A stretch of 64,000 nucleotides of DNA from a virus. Taxonomy: Duplodnaviria; Caudoviricetes. The translations under genes and the position numbers were made by a program. The notes under the pieces were generated by a model. The model was not told the origin of the DNA. It saw nothing but the letters and a program-made list of their open reading frames with translations, and searched no databases. Each line of letters starts with the position of its first letter. The stretch's first letter is position 1. Below, one piece after another: positions 19,015 to 28,706 of this stretch. The DNA lies in the IMG/VR virus record IMGVR_UViG_3300029288_000086, positions 32,001 to 96,000 of that record; one strand, given 5' to 3'.

Positions 19015-19167
19015 AAGGAATAATATGGCAAATATAGAAATAATTTTATTTTGTTTCGTTGTTGTCTTAATAACGATAGTTTTATTGTGTTTAGTGGCCG
19101 AGATATTGAATAAACTTACCATGAAATGAGGGTTTATGGGGTATAATATAAATATAAAAGGAGCATT

Positions 19168-19704
19168 ATGAAAGCATTCAATCCAGAAGAACATATGATT
19201 TTTAATGGCATTATTGGAAGTAGATTATATGGAACAAATAGCGAAACTTCAGATACTGATTTTCGTGGAATTTGTCTTCCGACATTAAAAGTCTTGCTTG
19301 ATCCATTCAATCGTTTCGAGCAAAAAGACTCAGGCTTTAACGAAGATGACCGTGTAATTTATTCATTAGATAAGTTTATTAAATTGTGTGCAGATTCAAA
19401 TCCGAACATTCAAGAACTCTTGTTTGTTCCAGAATCAAAAACTTTATTTAAAACTAAACAATGGGATTTGATTTTAGAAAATAGACACTTGTTTTTAAGC
19501 AAGAAAGCGAAGCATACTTTCCTTGGGTACTCCTGGGCACAAATTCAAAAAGCTAAAGTTCACCGCAAATGGTTTTTAGATCCACCAAAAGAAAAACCAA
19601 CAAGAAAAATGTTTGGATTAACAGATTCTCCAATTATTTCGGGAGAAGGCTTACAGGCGGCATCTAATATTAGATTTGATTTATTTACAGAATCTTTGCC
19701 GTAG
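19168..19704 (+). pseudogene. RlaP/YcgL-like Pol-beta nucleotidyltransferase, apparently 3'-truncated
   Basis: GSRLYGTNSETSDTDFRG, NPNIQELLF, FLGY motifs; ends abruptly overlapping the CCA fragment. Confidence 0.65.
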
Positions 19705-20725
19705 AGATTTTACTATTAATGCAATGGCATATAATGAAGACGAAGGTTTGATTGATCCGTTTGATGGGCTACAAGATATAGAAAATCATCTTATTAAATG
19801 CGTAGGAAAAGCGAACGATAGATTTCGAGAAGATGCATTAAGAATGCTTCGTGCGATAAGATTTTCCGCGCAATTGGGGTTTTCTATAGAAGAAGAAACA
19901 GAATCATACATCATAAATAACTGTAATTTAATTGCAAATGTATCATCAGAAAGAATTAATGCTGAAATTTGTAAAATACTAATATCAAATCACCCTGAAA
20001 AAATAGCATCAATATATCTTAATAATTTATCAAAACATTTTCTTCCAGAACTTGATGCGTTGTTTTCTTGTGAACAAAATACGCCTTGGCACATCTATAA
20101 TGTAGGAATTCATACTCTTGAAGCACTAAAAAACAGTAAAAATGATTTAGTACTGAGATTAGCAATATTATTCCACGACATAGGTAAGCCTTCCTCCAAA
20201 ACCACAACACCCGAAGGGATAGATCATTTTTATCATCATCCAATAAAATCAGCAGAAATAGCAAAAGAGACAATGACAAGGTTACATTTCGATAATAAAA
20301 CTATTGAGGATGTCGTAACTTTAGTTTCTTATCACGATGCAACGATAGATACAAATAAACGTTCTATCAAAAGAATGTTAAATAAAATTGGCGAAGAATT
20401 GTTTTTCAAATTGCTTGATTTGCAATACGCAGATTGTAGTGCTCAAAATCTAGAATTGTCAATAGAAAAAATAAATTTATTGCCAAAAATCAGAAAAATG
20501 GCACAAGAAATTTTGACAGAAAAAGAACCGTTTGGCATAAAGGATCTTGCAATTAATGGAAACGACATGATGGCACTAGGCTACAAACCCAACAAAGAAT
20601 TAGGCAATGCTTTATCAACAATTTTGGAATTGGTTATTGATGATTCAACCTTAAACACAAAAAATCAATTACAAGAAATTGCTTCAAAACTCTTGACAGA
20701 TTCAACAAACTGTGGTAAACTTTAA
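19676..20725 (+). pseudogene. CCA-adding enzyme/poly(A) polymerase with HD domain, lacking the N-terminal catalytic head
   Basis: Begins at RRDFTINAMA; has EDALRMLRAIRF, SSERI, HDIGK; no GG.VRD/D.D motif and no convincing RBS. Confidence 0.75.
20693..20721 (+). promoter_or_regulatory. sigma70-type promoter
   Basis: TTGACA-17 bp-TAAACT with TGTG. Confidence 0.8.
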
Positions 20726-20745
20726 ACATAAGGAGATTTTTTAAA

Positions 20746-21231
20746 ATGGAATATAGACTTTATTTTTTCGTGCCATACAATATTTCAGATATCCAAAAAG
20801 GTATTCAAGCAGGACATGCTGCCATTCAATATGCAATTCAATATGCACAAAATCAAGATTTCCGTGATTTCTTCATAAATGATAAAACTTGGATAATTTT
20901 GAATGGAGGAACGACTAGATTTCCAAAACAAGATACTGAGGGGCAAGGAACATTAAACCAAATTATGGACGATCTAGAAGCAAACGGAATCAATCATTCT
21001 TATTTCTGCGAACCAGATTTGAATTATGCTCTCTCTGCCATTTGTTTTCTTGTTGACGAGAGAGTTTGGGACAAAGAATTATATCCTGATTGGCAAGAAT
21101 ATGTAGGATTTAATCATGACAATGATAAACATTTTGATACTCGACAAACATACGATGATTGGAAAAATTTTATTGGCGGTGAAAAAAACGTATTTTTGCG
21201 CGAATTATTAAAAGATAAACATTTGGCATAA
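20746..21231 (+). CDS. peptidyl-tRNA hydrolase II-like protein
   Basis: IQKGIQAGHA and F.EPDLN.ALSAICF pattern. Confidence 0.65.
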   Translation: MEYRLYFFVPYNISDIQKGIQAGHAAIQYAIQYAQNQDFRDFFINDKTWIILNGGTTRFPKQDTEGQGTLNQIMDDLEANGINHSYFCEPDLNYALSAICFLVDERVWDKELYPDWQEYVGFNHDNDKHFDTRQTYDDWKNFIGGEKNVFLRELLKDKHLA

Positions 21232-21254
21232 ATACACAATGAAAGGAATATTTC

Positions 21255-21674
21255 ATGGGACTTAAAAAATTATCACAAGACTTAATTAATAATATGTATT
21301 TTGATTATGATGACGGACAAGAAATTATAGAAGAAACGGCATTAGCTGCGTTATTGCAATCAGAAATAGCATTTTGCTATCCGCAACCAAATAAGTCAAA
21401 AGAAGATGAATCTGTTATAGCATTGGGCGTAAATTGCAATGATATATTTTGGTGGGGTTGTGCAGATTTGGAGCTTTTTAATTATTCTGAAATTCAATCT
21501 TTGTATGAATCATCTTTTGATAAAGAGGGAAATGAAAAACCATGGGGATCAATTATTTGGTCTTGTTTGCATAGAAAAATGAGACCGCAACACCCAGTTG
21601 AAGATATGATGAAAAAGCAAGGATTTTGGACTAATGATTTAGAAGCACTACCTGTTCGTGTGAATACTGGATAG
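21255..21674 (+). CDS. hypothetical protein
   Basis: Start codon is the ATG of site 21238; ends just before site 21679. Confidence 0.7.
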   Translation: MGLKKLSQDLINNMYFDYDDGQEIIEETALAALLQSEIAFCYPQPNKSKEDESVIALGVNCNDIFWWGCADLELFNYSEIQSLYESSFDKEGNEKPWGSIIWSCLHRKMRPQHPVEDMMKKQGFWTNDLEALPVRVNTG

Positions 21675-21770
21675 TCTCCATGAAAGAGTCATTTCATGGG
21701 ACAATGACCACTGTATATAGTGGTAGTATGACAGATATGGTAGAAGATATGAAGGCAATGAAAGGATAAT

Positions 21771-22151
21771 ATGAATTTTTTACAAAAAATATTAAAAAGA
21801 GAAGAATATAGAGCAATAAGAGAATATGATGAAAAAGAAAGAGTTGCTGCTCACAATCAACTAATGTCAGAATTATCTTTATTAGAAAATCCAGAATTTA
21901 GATTCGACAATATAAAAATATTGTTAGATTATGAAAATTCGCCAGAATATAAACTAATTGAACTAAAAAGAAAATATTTAAGATTGGTGAAAAGAATTTG
22001 CATTTTTAATAATATTCCTATAGAAAATAAAGATACTGTTGGAAATATTAATTCAAAATTATCAAAAATTTACTCAAAATTAAATGTTCCGGGAAATACA
22101 ACATTAAAAAAATATGTTGAATTGTTATCAGAAATAAATAATAGCATATAA
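21771..22151 (+). CDS. hypothetical protein
   Basis: RBS. Confidence 0.6.
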   Translation: MNFLQKILKREEYRAIREYDEKERVAAHNQLMSELSLLENPEFRFDNIKILLDYENSPEYKLIELKRKYLRLVKRICIFNNIPIENKDTVGNINSKLSKIYSKLNVPGNTTLKKYVELLSEINNSI

Positions 22152-22162
22152 GGGAACAAATT

Positions 22163-22381
22163 ATGATAATAAAATATTTTTGTGATTGTGGAAAAGAATT
22201 AAATTTTGATCAATTTGAATATGACGACTACCCTAAGACTATTTTTTGTGGATGTGGGTCTAAATACGATAAAGGATTTTGTGAAGAATGTGGGCATTTT
22301 CATGTTGACCAAATGTATGTTGCTCCAAAAGAAACTATGCAACAGCAAAAAGATGGTCAGCATCATAATGTGGTTATATAG
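22163..22381 (+). CDS. Cys-rich hypothetical protein
   Basis: CDCG, CGCG, CEECG. Confidence 0.6.
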   Translation: MIIKYFCDCGKELNFDQFEYDDYPKTIFCGCGSKYDKGFCEECGHFHVDQMYVAPKETMQQQKDGQHHNVVI

Positions 22382-22466
22382 GATTCACAGGGTTTTAAAA
22401 TGGTTGTTTATTATTCTAATCGTAATTATTATTTTGGAAATGATAAATATATTTTAAGGAGACGAT

Positions 22467-22682
22467 ATGAATAAGATTTATAGCGTTGATAAGAATACTA
22501 GCGTTGGAGAATTTTGCTCAGGAATATTTATTGATCTGTTTTCAGCAATACAACACGCAAAACATATTTCTAAAACTGAAGGAAATATAACATATGTTTA
22601 TCAACATATTCTCAAAAACAAAGAATATGTCCCTGATGGAATGATTTTTGATTCAAGTACTTTTGAATCAGAACCAGAATAG
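22467..22682 (+). CDS. hypothetical protein
   Basis: AAGGAG RBS. Confidence 0.65.
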   Translation: MNKIYSVDKNTSVGEFCSGIFIDLFSAIQHAKHISKTEGNITYVYQHILKNKEYVPDGMIFDSSTFESEPE

Positions 22683-22691
22683 GAGAAAAAT

Positions 22692-22874
22692 ATGTATGTA
22701 AAAAAATTTGATAAAATGGGAATAGATGAATTTACAACATTATCATTTCCTTCAGAAAAAGAACTGCTGAATTTTCTAGAAAATAATCCCAATTATGCGT
22801 TACACTGGGATAATGAATATTTATGGGAATTAAATAAAATTTATGTTAATGGTTGGGAAGATCCACGCCCATAG
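22692..22874 (+). CDS. hypothetical protein
   Basis: AGGAG RBS; stop inside site 22870. Confidence 0.65.
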   Translation: MYVKKFDKMGIDEFTTLSFPSEKELLNFLENNPNYALHWDNEYLWELNKIYVNGWEDPRP

Positions 22875-22908
22875 AACAAGTATTTCATGATATAAAATAA
22901 GGATAAAT

Positions 22909-23319
22909 ATGAAAAAAATTGAAAATATAATTAAATTTATGATAGATGCACACGGAGATCAAAAATATGGCAATTTGCCATTTTGTGTTCATCCCCTGTT
23001 GGTTTCAAGACATTTTGAAGATAATACTTTAAAAACTGTAGCATTATTACATGATGTGATTGAAGACACTCCATATTCTTTTGAAGATATTCGAAATTTA
23101 TTTGGCGAAGAAATTGCTATTGCAGTCGATGCTATTTCACGAAGAGATGATGAAAAATATTTAGAAGACTACATCCCAAGAGTAGCCAAAAACGCATTAG
23201 CCAAACAAGTAAAAATTGCAGATTTACAAGAGAATATTCATAGTGCTAAATTTTGTTATTTGGGATATGAAAAATTAATTCCTAGATATGAAAAGGCATT
23301 AAGAATTTTACAATCATAA
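22909..23319 (+). CDS. HD-domain hydrolase, small alarmone hydrolase (Mesh1/SpoT-like)
   Basis: AHGDQ, P..HP, ALLHDVIEDT, VKIADLQEN. Confidence 0.85.
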   Translation: MKKIENIIKFMIDAHGDQKYGNLPFCVHPLLVSRHFEDNTLKTVALLHDVIEDTPYSFEDIRNLFGEEIAIAVDAISRRDDEKYLEDYIPRVAKNALAKQVKIADLQENIHSAKFCYLGYEKLIPRYEKALRILQS

Positions 23320-23361
23320 TACCATGAAATAAGGATTTTATTGGTCTGGAAGGAGAAATAA

Positions 23362-24135
23362 TTGAAACTTAAAGATATAGCAAAAGAATCGTATTATCAT
23401 GAAAAAGGTGGAATGCTTTTAAAAGGTGATTGTTTAGATTGGATGCCGAAATTACCAGACAAGTCTATTGACATGATATTATGTGATTTACCTTACGGTA
23501 CAACAAAATGTCGTTGGGATACAATTATCCCACTAGATAAATTATGGTTGCAATATAATAGAATTATAAAAGATAATGGATCTATATGTTTGTTTGCTCA
23601 ACTTCCTTTCGATAAAGTTCTTGGATGTAGCAATTTGGAAATGTTACGATATGAATGGGTATGGGAAAAGGAACAAGGAACAGGGAATTTGAATGCCAAT
23701 AAAATGCCTTTAAAAAAGACTGAAAATATTCTTGTTTTCTATAAAAAGTTACCTTTATATAATCCTCAAAAAACCATTGGAAGACCATATGAAATTGAAA
23801 GAGAATATAATGATAACGAAATATTTGGGAAAACAGGAACAAGAGATGGATATATTACTAAGAATGATGGTTTTAGATATCCAACAAATATTTTAAAGTT
23901 TAATCGAGAACTGAAGAACAGATTACATCCAACGCAAAAACCAGTATTATTACTTGAGTATTTAATCAAAACTTATACTAATGAAAATGAAATTGTCTTA
24001 GATAATACGGCAGGATCGTGTGGTGTGGCAATTGCCTCTAAAAACATTAATCGTAAATGGATTTGTATTGAGAAAGATCAAAAGTATTGTGATGTTTCTA
24101 TAGACAGAATTAAGAATTGGACAATAACCCCATGA
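23362..24135 (+). CDS. DNA methyltransferase (beta class)
   Basis: CDLPYG, HPTQKP, VLDNTAGS; paralog of 1753..2508. Confidence 0.93.
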   Translation: MKLKDIAKESYYHEKGGMLLKGDCLDWMPKLPDKSIDMILCDLPYGTTKCRWDTIIPLDKLWLQYNRIIKDNGSICLFAQLPFDKVLGCSNLEMLRYEWVWEKEQGTGNLNANKMPLKKTENILVFYKKLPLYNPQKTIGRPYEIEREYNDNEIFGKTGTRDGYITKNDGFRYPTNILKFNRELKNRLHPTQKPVLLLEYLIKTYTNENEIVLDNTAGSCGVAIASKNINRKWICIEKDQKYCDVSIDRIKNWTITP

Positions 24136-24166
24136 AATGCAAATTTTATTAAAAGGAGAATGAATA

Positions 24167-24385
24167 ATGACCACTACAAAAGAAAACGCCGAAACAGCAT
24201 CAGAATCATTAAAAAATCGAGCTTCAAAATCGCTTATCCAGCTCATCTATCAGGCATCTCAAGGGCAACAATATGTAAATGTGCAATCAGCAAGAAATAT
24301 TATCGAAGATATTGTCGCAGCATCACTTTTAGAAAATCAATTGTTAATAAACACAGCTATAAAAACACCAAAGGAGAAAAATTAA
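24167..24385 (+). CDS. hypothetical protein
   Basis: AAGGAG RBS. Confidence 0.55.
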   Translation: MTTTKENAETASESLKNRASKSLIQLIYQASQGQQYVNVQSARNIIEDIVAASLLENQLLINTAIKTPKEKN

Positions 24386-24386
24386 A

Positions 24387-24602
24387 ATGACAGACGAAGG
24401 CAAAAAATTGCAGCAAATTCAAATTCAAAAGAGTTATAATTTTTTAAAAGAAGAACGAGTAGTTACAAGCAAAGATACAGCATTTAAATGGATATATGAA
24501 ATCGCCCAAGACTACGATGGAGCAGAAGATATCGGAGGTTTACGAGCAGTAATTGATGAACTCGCCGCCTATGCCTTGCTTGGGAAAGAATGTTCAGAAT
24601 AA
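24387..24602 (+). CDS. hypothetical protein
   Basis: AAGGAG RBS. Confidence 0.65.
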   Translation: MTDEGKKLQQIQIQKSYNFLKEERVVTSKDTAFKWIYEIAQDYDGAEDIGGLRAVIDELAAYALLGKECSE

Positions 24603-24855
24603 TATGAGTAAATCTCAAATATATGACCCAAATACCTTGACAAGAATGAGCTTTCGTGATAGACTATATCAATGGCTATCAAAGAAATTACCTTGGAGAT
24701 TGGTCTGGTTTTGTGTAATTAGAGCATTGGGTATATACAATTCTTATCGAAGATTATACCCAAATACTTTCAATATGCCTACATCTGGACTTACTGTAAT
24801 AGAGTTAATTCATAGGTTGGATGAAAAAAGATTCGATGAATGGGAGCAATAATTA

Positions 24856-25176
24856 TTGAAAAAAATATGCTTTTATTGTGGAGAAGAAATTAATGAAAAA
24901 GATTTGTATTGGTCAGAACCAATAGAAGGTGCTTATCCCTCAAGATATGGTAACTTATTTTTTCATAAAGAAAAATGTTACAGAAAAATAAACAATATAC
25001 ATCGGTATATAAAGGACAATACTGAAAAGATATTAGAAACACTTACAAATAGCAATCCTCAAATACCAAAAAGACTAGATTCAAAAATACCTATAAACAA
25101 AAAAGAAGTAAAGAAAAATGAGAAAATTAAAACAGAAAAAACAAAAAGCAAGCATTATTCTAAAAGAAAGAGGTAG
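24856..25176 (+). CDS. hypothetical protein
   Basis: GGAG RBS, CxxC motif. Confidence 0.55.
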   Translation: MKKICFYCGEEINEKDLYWSEPIEGAYPSRYGNLFFHKEKCYRKINNIHRYIKDNTEKILETLTNSNPQIPKRLDSKIPINKKEVKKNEKIKTEKTKSKHYSKRKR

Positions 25177-25181
25177 GAAAC

Positions 25182-25490
25182 ATGATTTCAAATTCTGAAA
25201 ATGAAATTTTAGATGCTATTCATTTTCCGCCAAAGAAAATTAATGTTGGAAAATATAGCGTAGAAATTAAAAATAAATTGCAAGAGGGAAATAAAGTAAA
25301 AATTGATATTGAAAAATATCGTCCACAAAAGGATTCTGGATCAATTACTGATACTTTCTGGAAATTTTTAGAAGACAATAAAGACACTGTTTTTACAATT
25401 TTCGCTCGTAATAAATATGGGATTATGTGGGGAATAGAAGAAGATGCGAGGTGGTCTTTATATAGCGATTTTTTAATTAAAGTTGAATAA
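25182..25490 (+). CDS. hypothetical protein
   Basis: RBS. Confidence 0.6.
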   Translation: MISNSENEILDAIHFPPKKINVGKYSVEIKNKLQEGNKVKIDIEKYRPQKDSGSITDTFWKFLEDNKDTVFTIFARNKYGIMWGIEEDARWSLYSDFLIKVE

Positions 25491-25511
25491 TTACAATAAA
25501 ACAATAATTTC

Positions 25512-25721
25512 ATGGAGAATAATATGACAGTTGCATCTTATGTAATTTTAGGAATAGTCGGATGGATAATGTTTGGATCAATTGTTTTGGGTGGTATTGA
25601 CAAAAATCTAGAAATTACCAATTGGAAATTGCATGCTGTTTGGTGGTTGAGATTATTGGTAAATTTATTCTGGCCTATTATTGCTGTTATATATTTGAGT
25701 AAAAAGAATCACACGAAATGA
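25512..25721 (+). CDS. small membrane protein
   Basis: Two hydrophobic segments; begins in site 25495. Confidence 0.6.
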   Translation: MENNMTVASYVILGIVGWIMFGSIVLGGIDKNLEITNWKLHAVWWLRLLVNLFWPIIAVIYLSKKNHTK

Positions 25722-25749
25722 ATATTGAGTTAGGAGAAAAATATAGTAA

Positions 25750-26301
25750 ATGATAAATAAATATATTATTGATAGTGATATTACACATATCGTCTTAAGA
25801 GAAACAGACACCGAATATATGGAAACATTGATTGATACTGAAGATTTACATAAATTAATAAATTTTAAATATAGTTGGTTTCCGGCATATTTGCAAAGCC
25901 CAAAGGCATACTACGCTCATTGTACAGAATATTTATCATCAAATCATGGCGTTCCAATTAATCGAACAATAGGGTTGCAGTGTTTTGTTTTAGACTTACA
26001 AGGGAACGATAATTGCCACGTAGATCATATAAACCATAATGCGCTAGACAACAGAAAAGAAAATTTAAGAATTATTAAAGCAAAAAACAATTTGACAAAT
26101 AGAAAATCAAGAAATTGTAACAATACTTCTGGGCATAGAAATGTATGCAAAATAAACAACAAATGGGTCGTACAATTACAAGTCAACGGCAAAAATACAA
26201 GATTAAAATCTTTTCCATTGGATAAATTAGATGAGGCTAGTGCATACGCAGAAGAGATGAGGCAATTACATTATGGAGATTTTGCAGGATTTGATTTATG
26301 A
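25750..26301 (+). CDS. HNH homing endonuclease with AP2-like C-terminus
   Basis: VDHINHNALDNRKENLR, NTSGHRNV. Confidence 0.85.
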   Translation: MINKYIIDSDITHIVLRETDTEYMETLIDTEDLHKLINFKYSWFPAYLQSPKAYYAHCTEYLSSNHGVPINRTIGLQCFVLDLQGNDNCHVDHINHNALDNRKENLRIIKAKNNLTNRKSRNCNNTSGHRNVCKINNKWVVQLQVNGKNTRLKSFPLDKLDEASAYAEEMRQLHYGDFAGFDL

Positions 26302-27017
26302 CTTATCAAATATATAATCAAAACAATACAAAAGTTTGTAGTCTACCAAAAGTAGATTTAATATATGCGGACATGATCTACGAGAATGAAAACCTTTCAT
26401 GGATTTATGATTTTTTCGATTTACTTAAACCCAATGGAATTTTTATCGTCCAAACGGATTTTCATACAAATTATTTAGTGAGAGATGTTCTTGAGAATAT
26501 CCGTCAAGCAACATTTGTAAATCATTTGGTTCAAAAAAACGAATGGGGCAACCATCCTAAGAATAGATTTCATCAATGCTATGATGACATTATAATTTTC
26601 TGTAATGGCAAAAATTGGAAATTTTATCCAGAAAGAATTCAAGTAGATAAAGTTACAAAAAACAAAGGACTGAATCCTTCAGGTAGGCAAACAAAACAAG
26701 CAACAGCATGGATAGACGATGTTTGTTTAACTACAACTTCAAAAGAACGAGTCAAGAAAGAAGATGGGCATTTGATTCGATGGCAAAAACCCTTAAAATT
26801 ATTTGACAGAATTATTGCCCCATTTACTGACGAAGGAGATGTAATATTAGATCCTTTTATGGGCAGTGGAAGTCTTGGAGAATGGTGTATAAAAAATAAT
26901 AGGAATTATGTCGGAATTGAATTAGATAAAAAGATTTTTGGACTAGCAAAACAAAGATTGGAAAAACTTACCCCACGAAATATCACTTTCATTGAAAAAG
27001 GACAAAAATATGTTTAA
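26298..27017 (+). CDS. DNA methyltransferase (beta class, atypical motif IV)
   Basis: WQKP, ILDPFMGSGS, GIELD; DMIY in place of DPPY. Confidence 0.85.
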   Translation: MTYQIYNQNNTKVCSLPKVDLIYADMIYENENLSWIYDFFDLLKPNGIFIVQTDFHTNYLVRDVLENIRQATFVNHLVQKNEWGNHPKNRFHQCYDDIIIFCNGKNWKFYPERIQVDKVTKNKGLNPSGRQTKQATAWIDDVCLTTTSKERVKKEDGHLIRWQKPLKLFDRIIAPFTDEGDVILDPFMGSGSLGEWCIKNNRNYVGIELDKKIFGLAKQRLEKLTPRNITFIEKGQKYV

Positions 27018-27289
27018 TGATATGCCAAAGGGTTTTCCTAAAAATATAGGCATTATAAAGATACCTATAGGGCATCCTTATTCATATTCTAAAAATAAAA
27101 GAAAGGAGAATACAATGGAAATTTTAAGTAAAGATAAAATAAATAAATTAATAGATATGTATAGCATTGAAGATACCGTCAATACTTTTCTATCAAAAAC
27201 TATCAATAAATTTCCACTTACAGAAGATGAATTAAAATTAGCATTTCAGATTATTGATCGCTGTTTTGTAAAATATTATTTAGATTAGA

Positions 27290-27523
27290 ATGGAAAATAA
27301 AATGATTAAATATTTTCACGAATTAACATTTGCTGAACATTTTGATATTTATAATAGGGCATTATCATGGAACAGAATAAGAAAAAAATATCCCGAGCCT
27401 CCCTGGTGCTCCAATGAAAACGCAGTTCAGGGATTGATGGGATGTGACAATTTGATGATACATGCAATTAAATCTGAACTAGATTGTCAAGAATGTAGAT
27501 TTTATAAGAGAGGAAAAACATGA
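27290..27523 (+). CDS. hypothetical protein
   Basis: Cys-rich ORF in the gene string. Confidence 0.55.
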   Translation: MENKMIKYFHELTFAEHFDIYNRALSWNRIRKKYPEPPWCSNENAVQGLMGCDNLMIHAIKSELDCQECRFYKRGKT

Positions 27524-27677
27524 ACGATATTAGAATGTTAATAGAGCAACAATTAAAAGATTTTATTGATTTTCTAGCGGAAAGAAAATACTTTTTATTA
27601 TCTGAAAAAGAACATTCTAGAATCACTTTTAAAATTTTACAAGAATTAATTAATGAATATATGGAGAAAATTTAATT

Positions 27678-28505
27678 GTGCAAGCATATTTAAACATTGT
27701 AAAAGATATTTTAGATAATGGCGTATTAAAAGAAAATCGTACAGGTGTAAACGCTCTTGCTATTAGTGGAGCTATGTTTTCACATGATATGCGAGAAGGC
27801 TTTCCATTGCTTACCACAAAGAAAATGTCTTTAAAAAACATTGCAGTAGAATTAGAATTTTTTATCAAAGGCTTGAGCAGTAAAAAATGGCTACAAGATA
27901 GATGGAATTTTATATGGAATAGCTGGTGTAATCCACAAAAAGTTCCATATGGTACAGACGAAGAAACCAAGCGAAGAATGCGGGAAGAAGATGATTTGGG
28001 AGCAATTTATGGAAAGCAATGGCGTAATTTCGGCGGAGTCGACCAGCTAAAAAATGTTGTAAATACCTTGAAGGCAAATCCAAATGATCGCAGGATGATC
28101 GTAAGTGCTTGGAATCCACCAGAGCTAAACCAAATGGCACTTCCTCCTTGTCACTTAATGTTTCAAGTAATTGTAATTAATAATACAATTAATCTAAACT
28201 GGTATCAGCGCAGTGTAGACACAATGTTGGGATTGCCCTATAATATCGCATCTTACGGATTGTTGCTAGAACTTTTGGCAAAAGAATCCAATCTAATTCC
28301 TGCTAAATTATGTGGAATGCTAGGTGATGTGCATATTTATGAAAATCATATTGAAAATACAAAAATTCAATTATGGCGTGAACCAATGGAATTGCCATCT
28401 ATAGAAATAACTAATTTTACAAATATTTTTGATTGGACATACAAAGACTTTTCTTTAGAAAATTATAAATCACATCCTGCAATAAAATTTGATATAGCGG
28501 TATAA
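27678..28505 (+). CDS. thyA: thymidylate synthase
   Basis: RTG, FPLLTTKK, RRMIVSAWN, ALPPCH, YQRSVD, PYNIASY, DVHIYENH. Confidence 0.97.
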   Translation: MQAYLNIVKDILDNGVLKENRTGVNALAISGAMFSHDMREGFPLLTTKKMSLKNIAVELEFFIKGLSSKKWLQDRWNFIWNSWCNPQKVPYGTDEETKRRMREEDDLGAIYGKQWRNFGGVDQLKNVVNTLKANPNDRRMIVSAWNPPELNQMALPPCHLMFQVIVINNTINLNWYQRSVDTMLGLPYNIASYGLLLELLAKESNLIPAKLCGMLGDVHIYENHIENTKIQLWREPMELPSIEITNFTNIFDWTYKDFSLENYKSHPAIKFDIAV

Positions 28506-28514
28506 GGAGGTAAA

Positions 28515-28706
28515 ATGACATCAAAAGAGGAAAAAGATTTCACAGAGAAAGTAATTAGATTGTCATACAAATGTGCAAACGAATTGAACATCAAGAGAGA
28601 AGATATTGTTAGTCAAATTTTTATAAAATGGCTTATCGACAAAGTAGATAATTTTGAAAAGGAATCTCATAAAAATGAAGACAAAAATATTGATATTGCT
28701 GTATAA
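28515..28706 (+). CDS. hypothetical protein
   Basis: AAGGAGG RBS. Confidence 0.6.
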   Translation: MTSKEEKDFTEKVIRLSYKCANELNIKREDIVSQIFIKWLIDKVDNFEKESHKNEDKNIDIAV

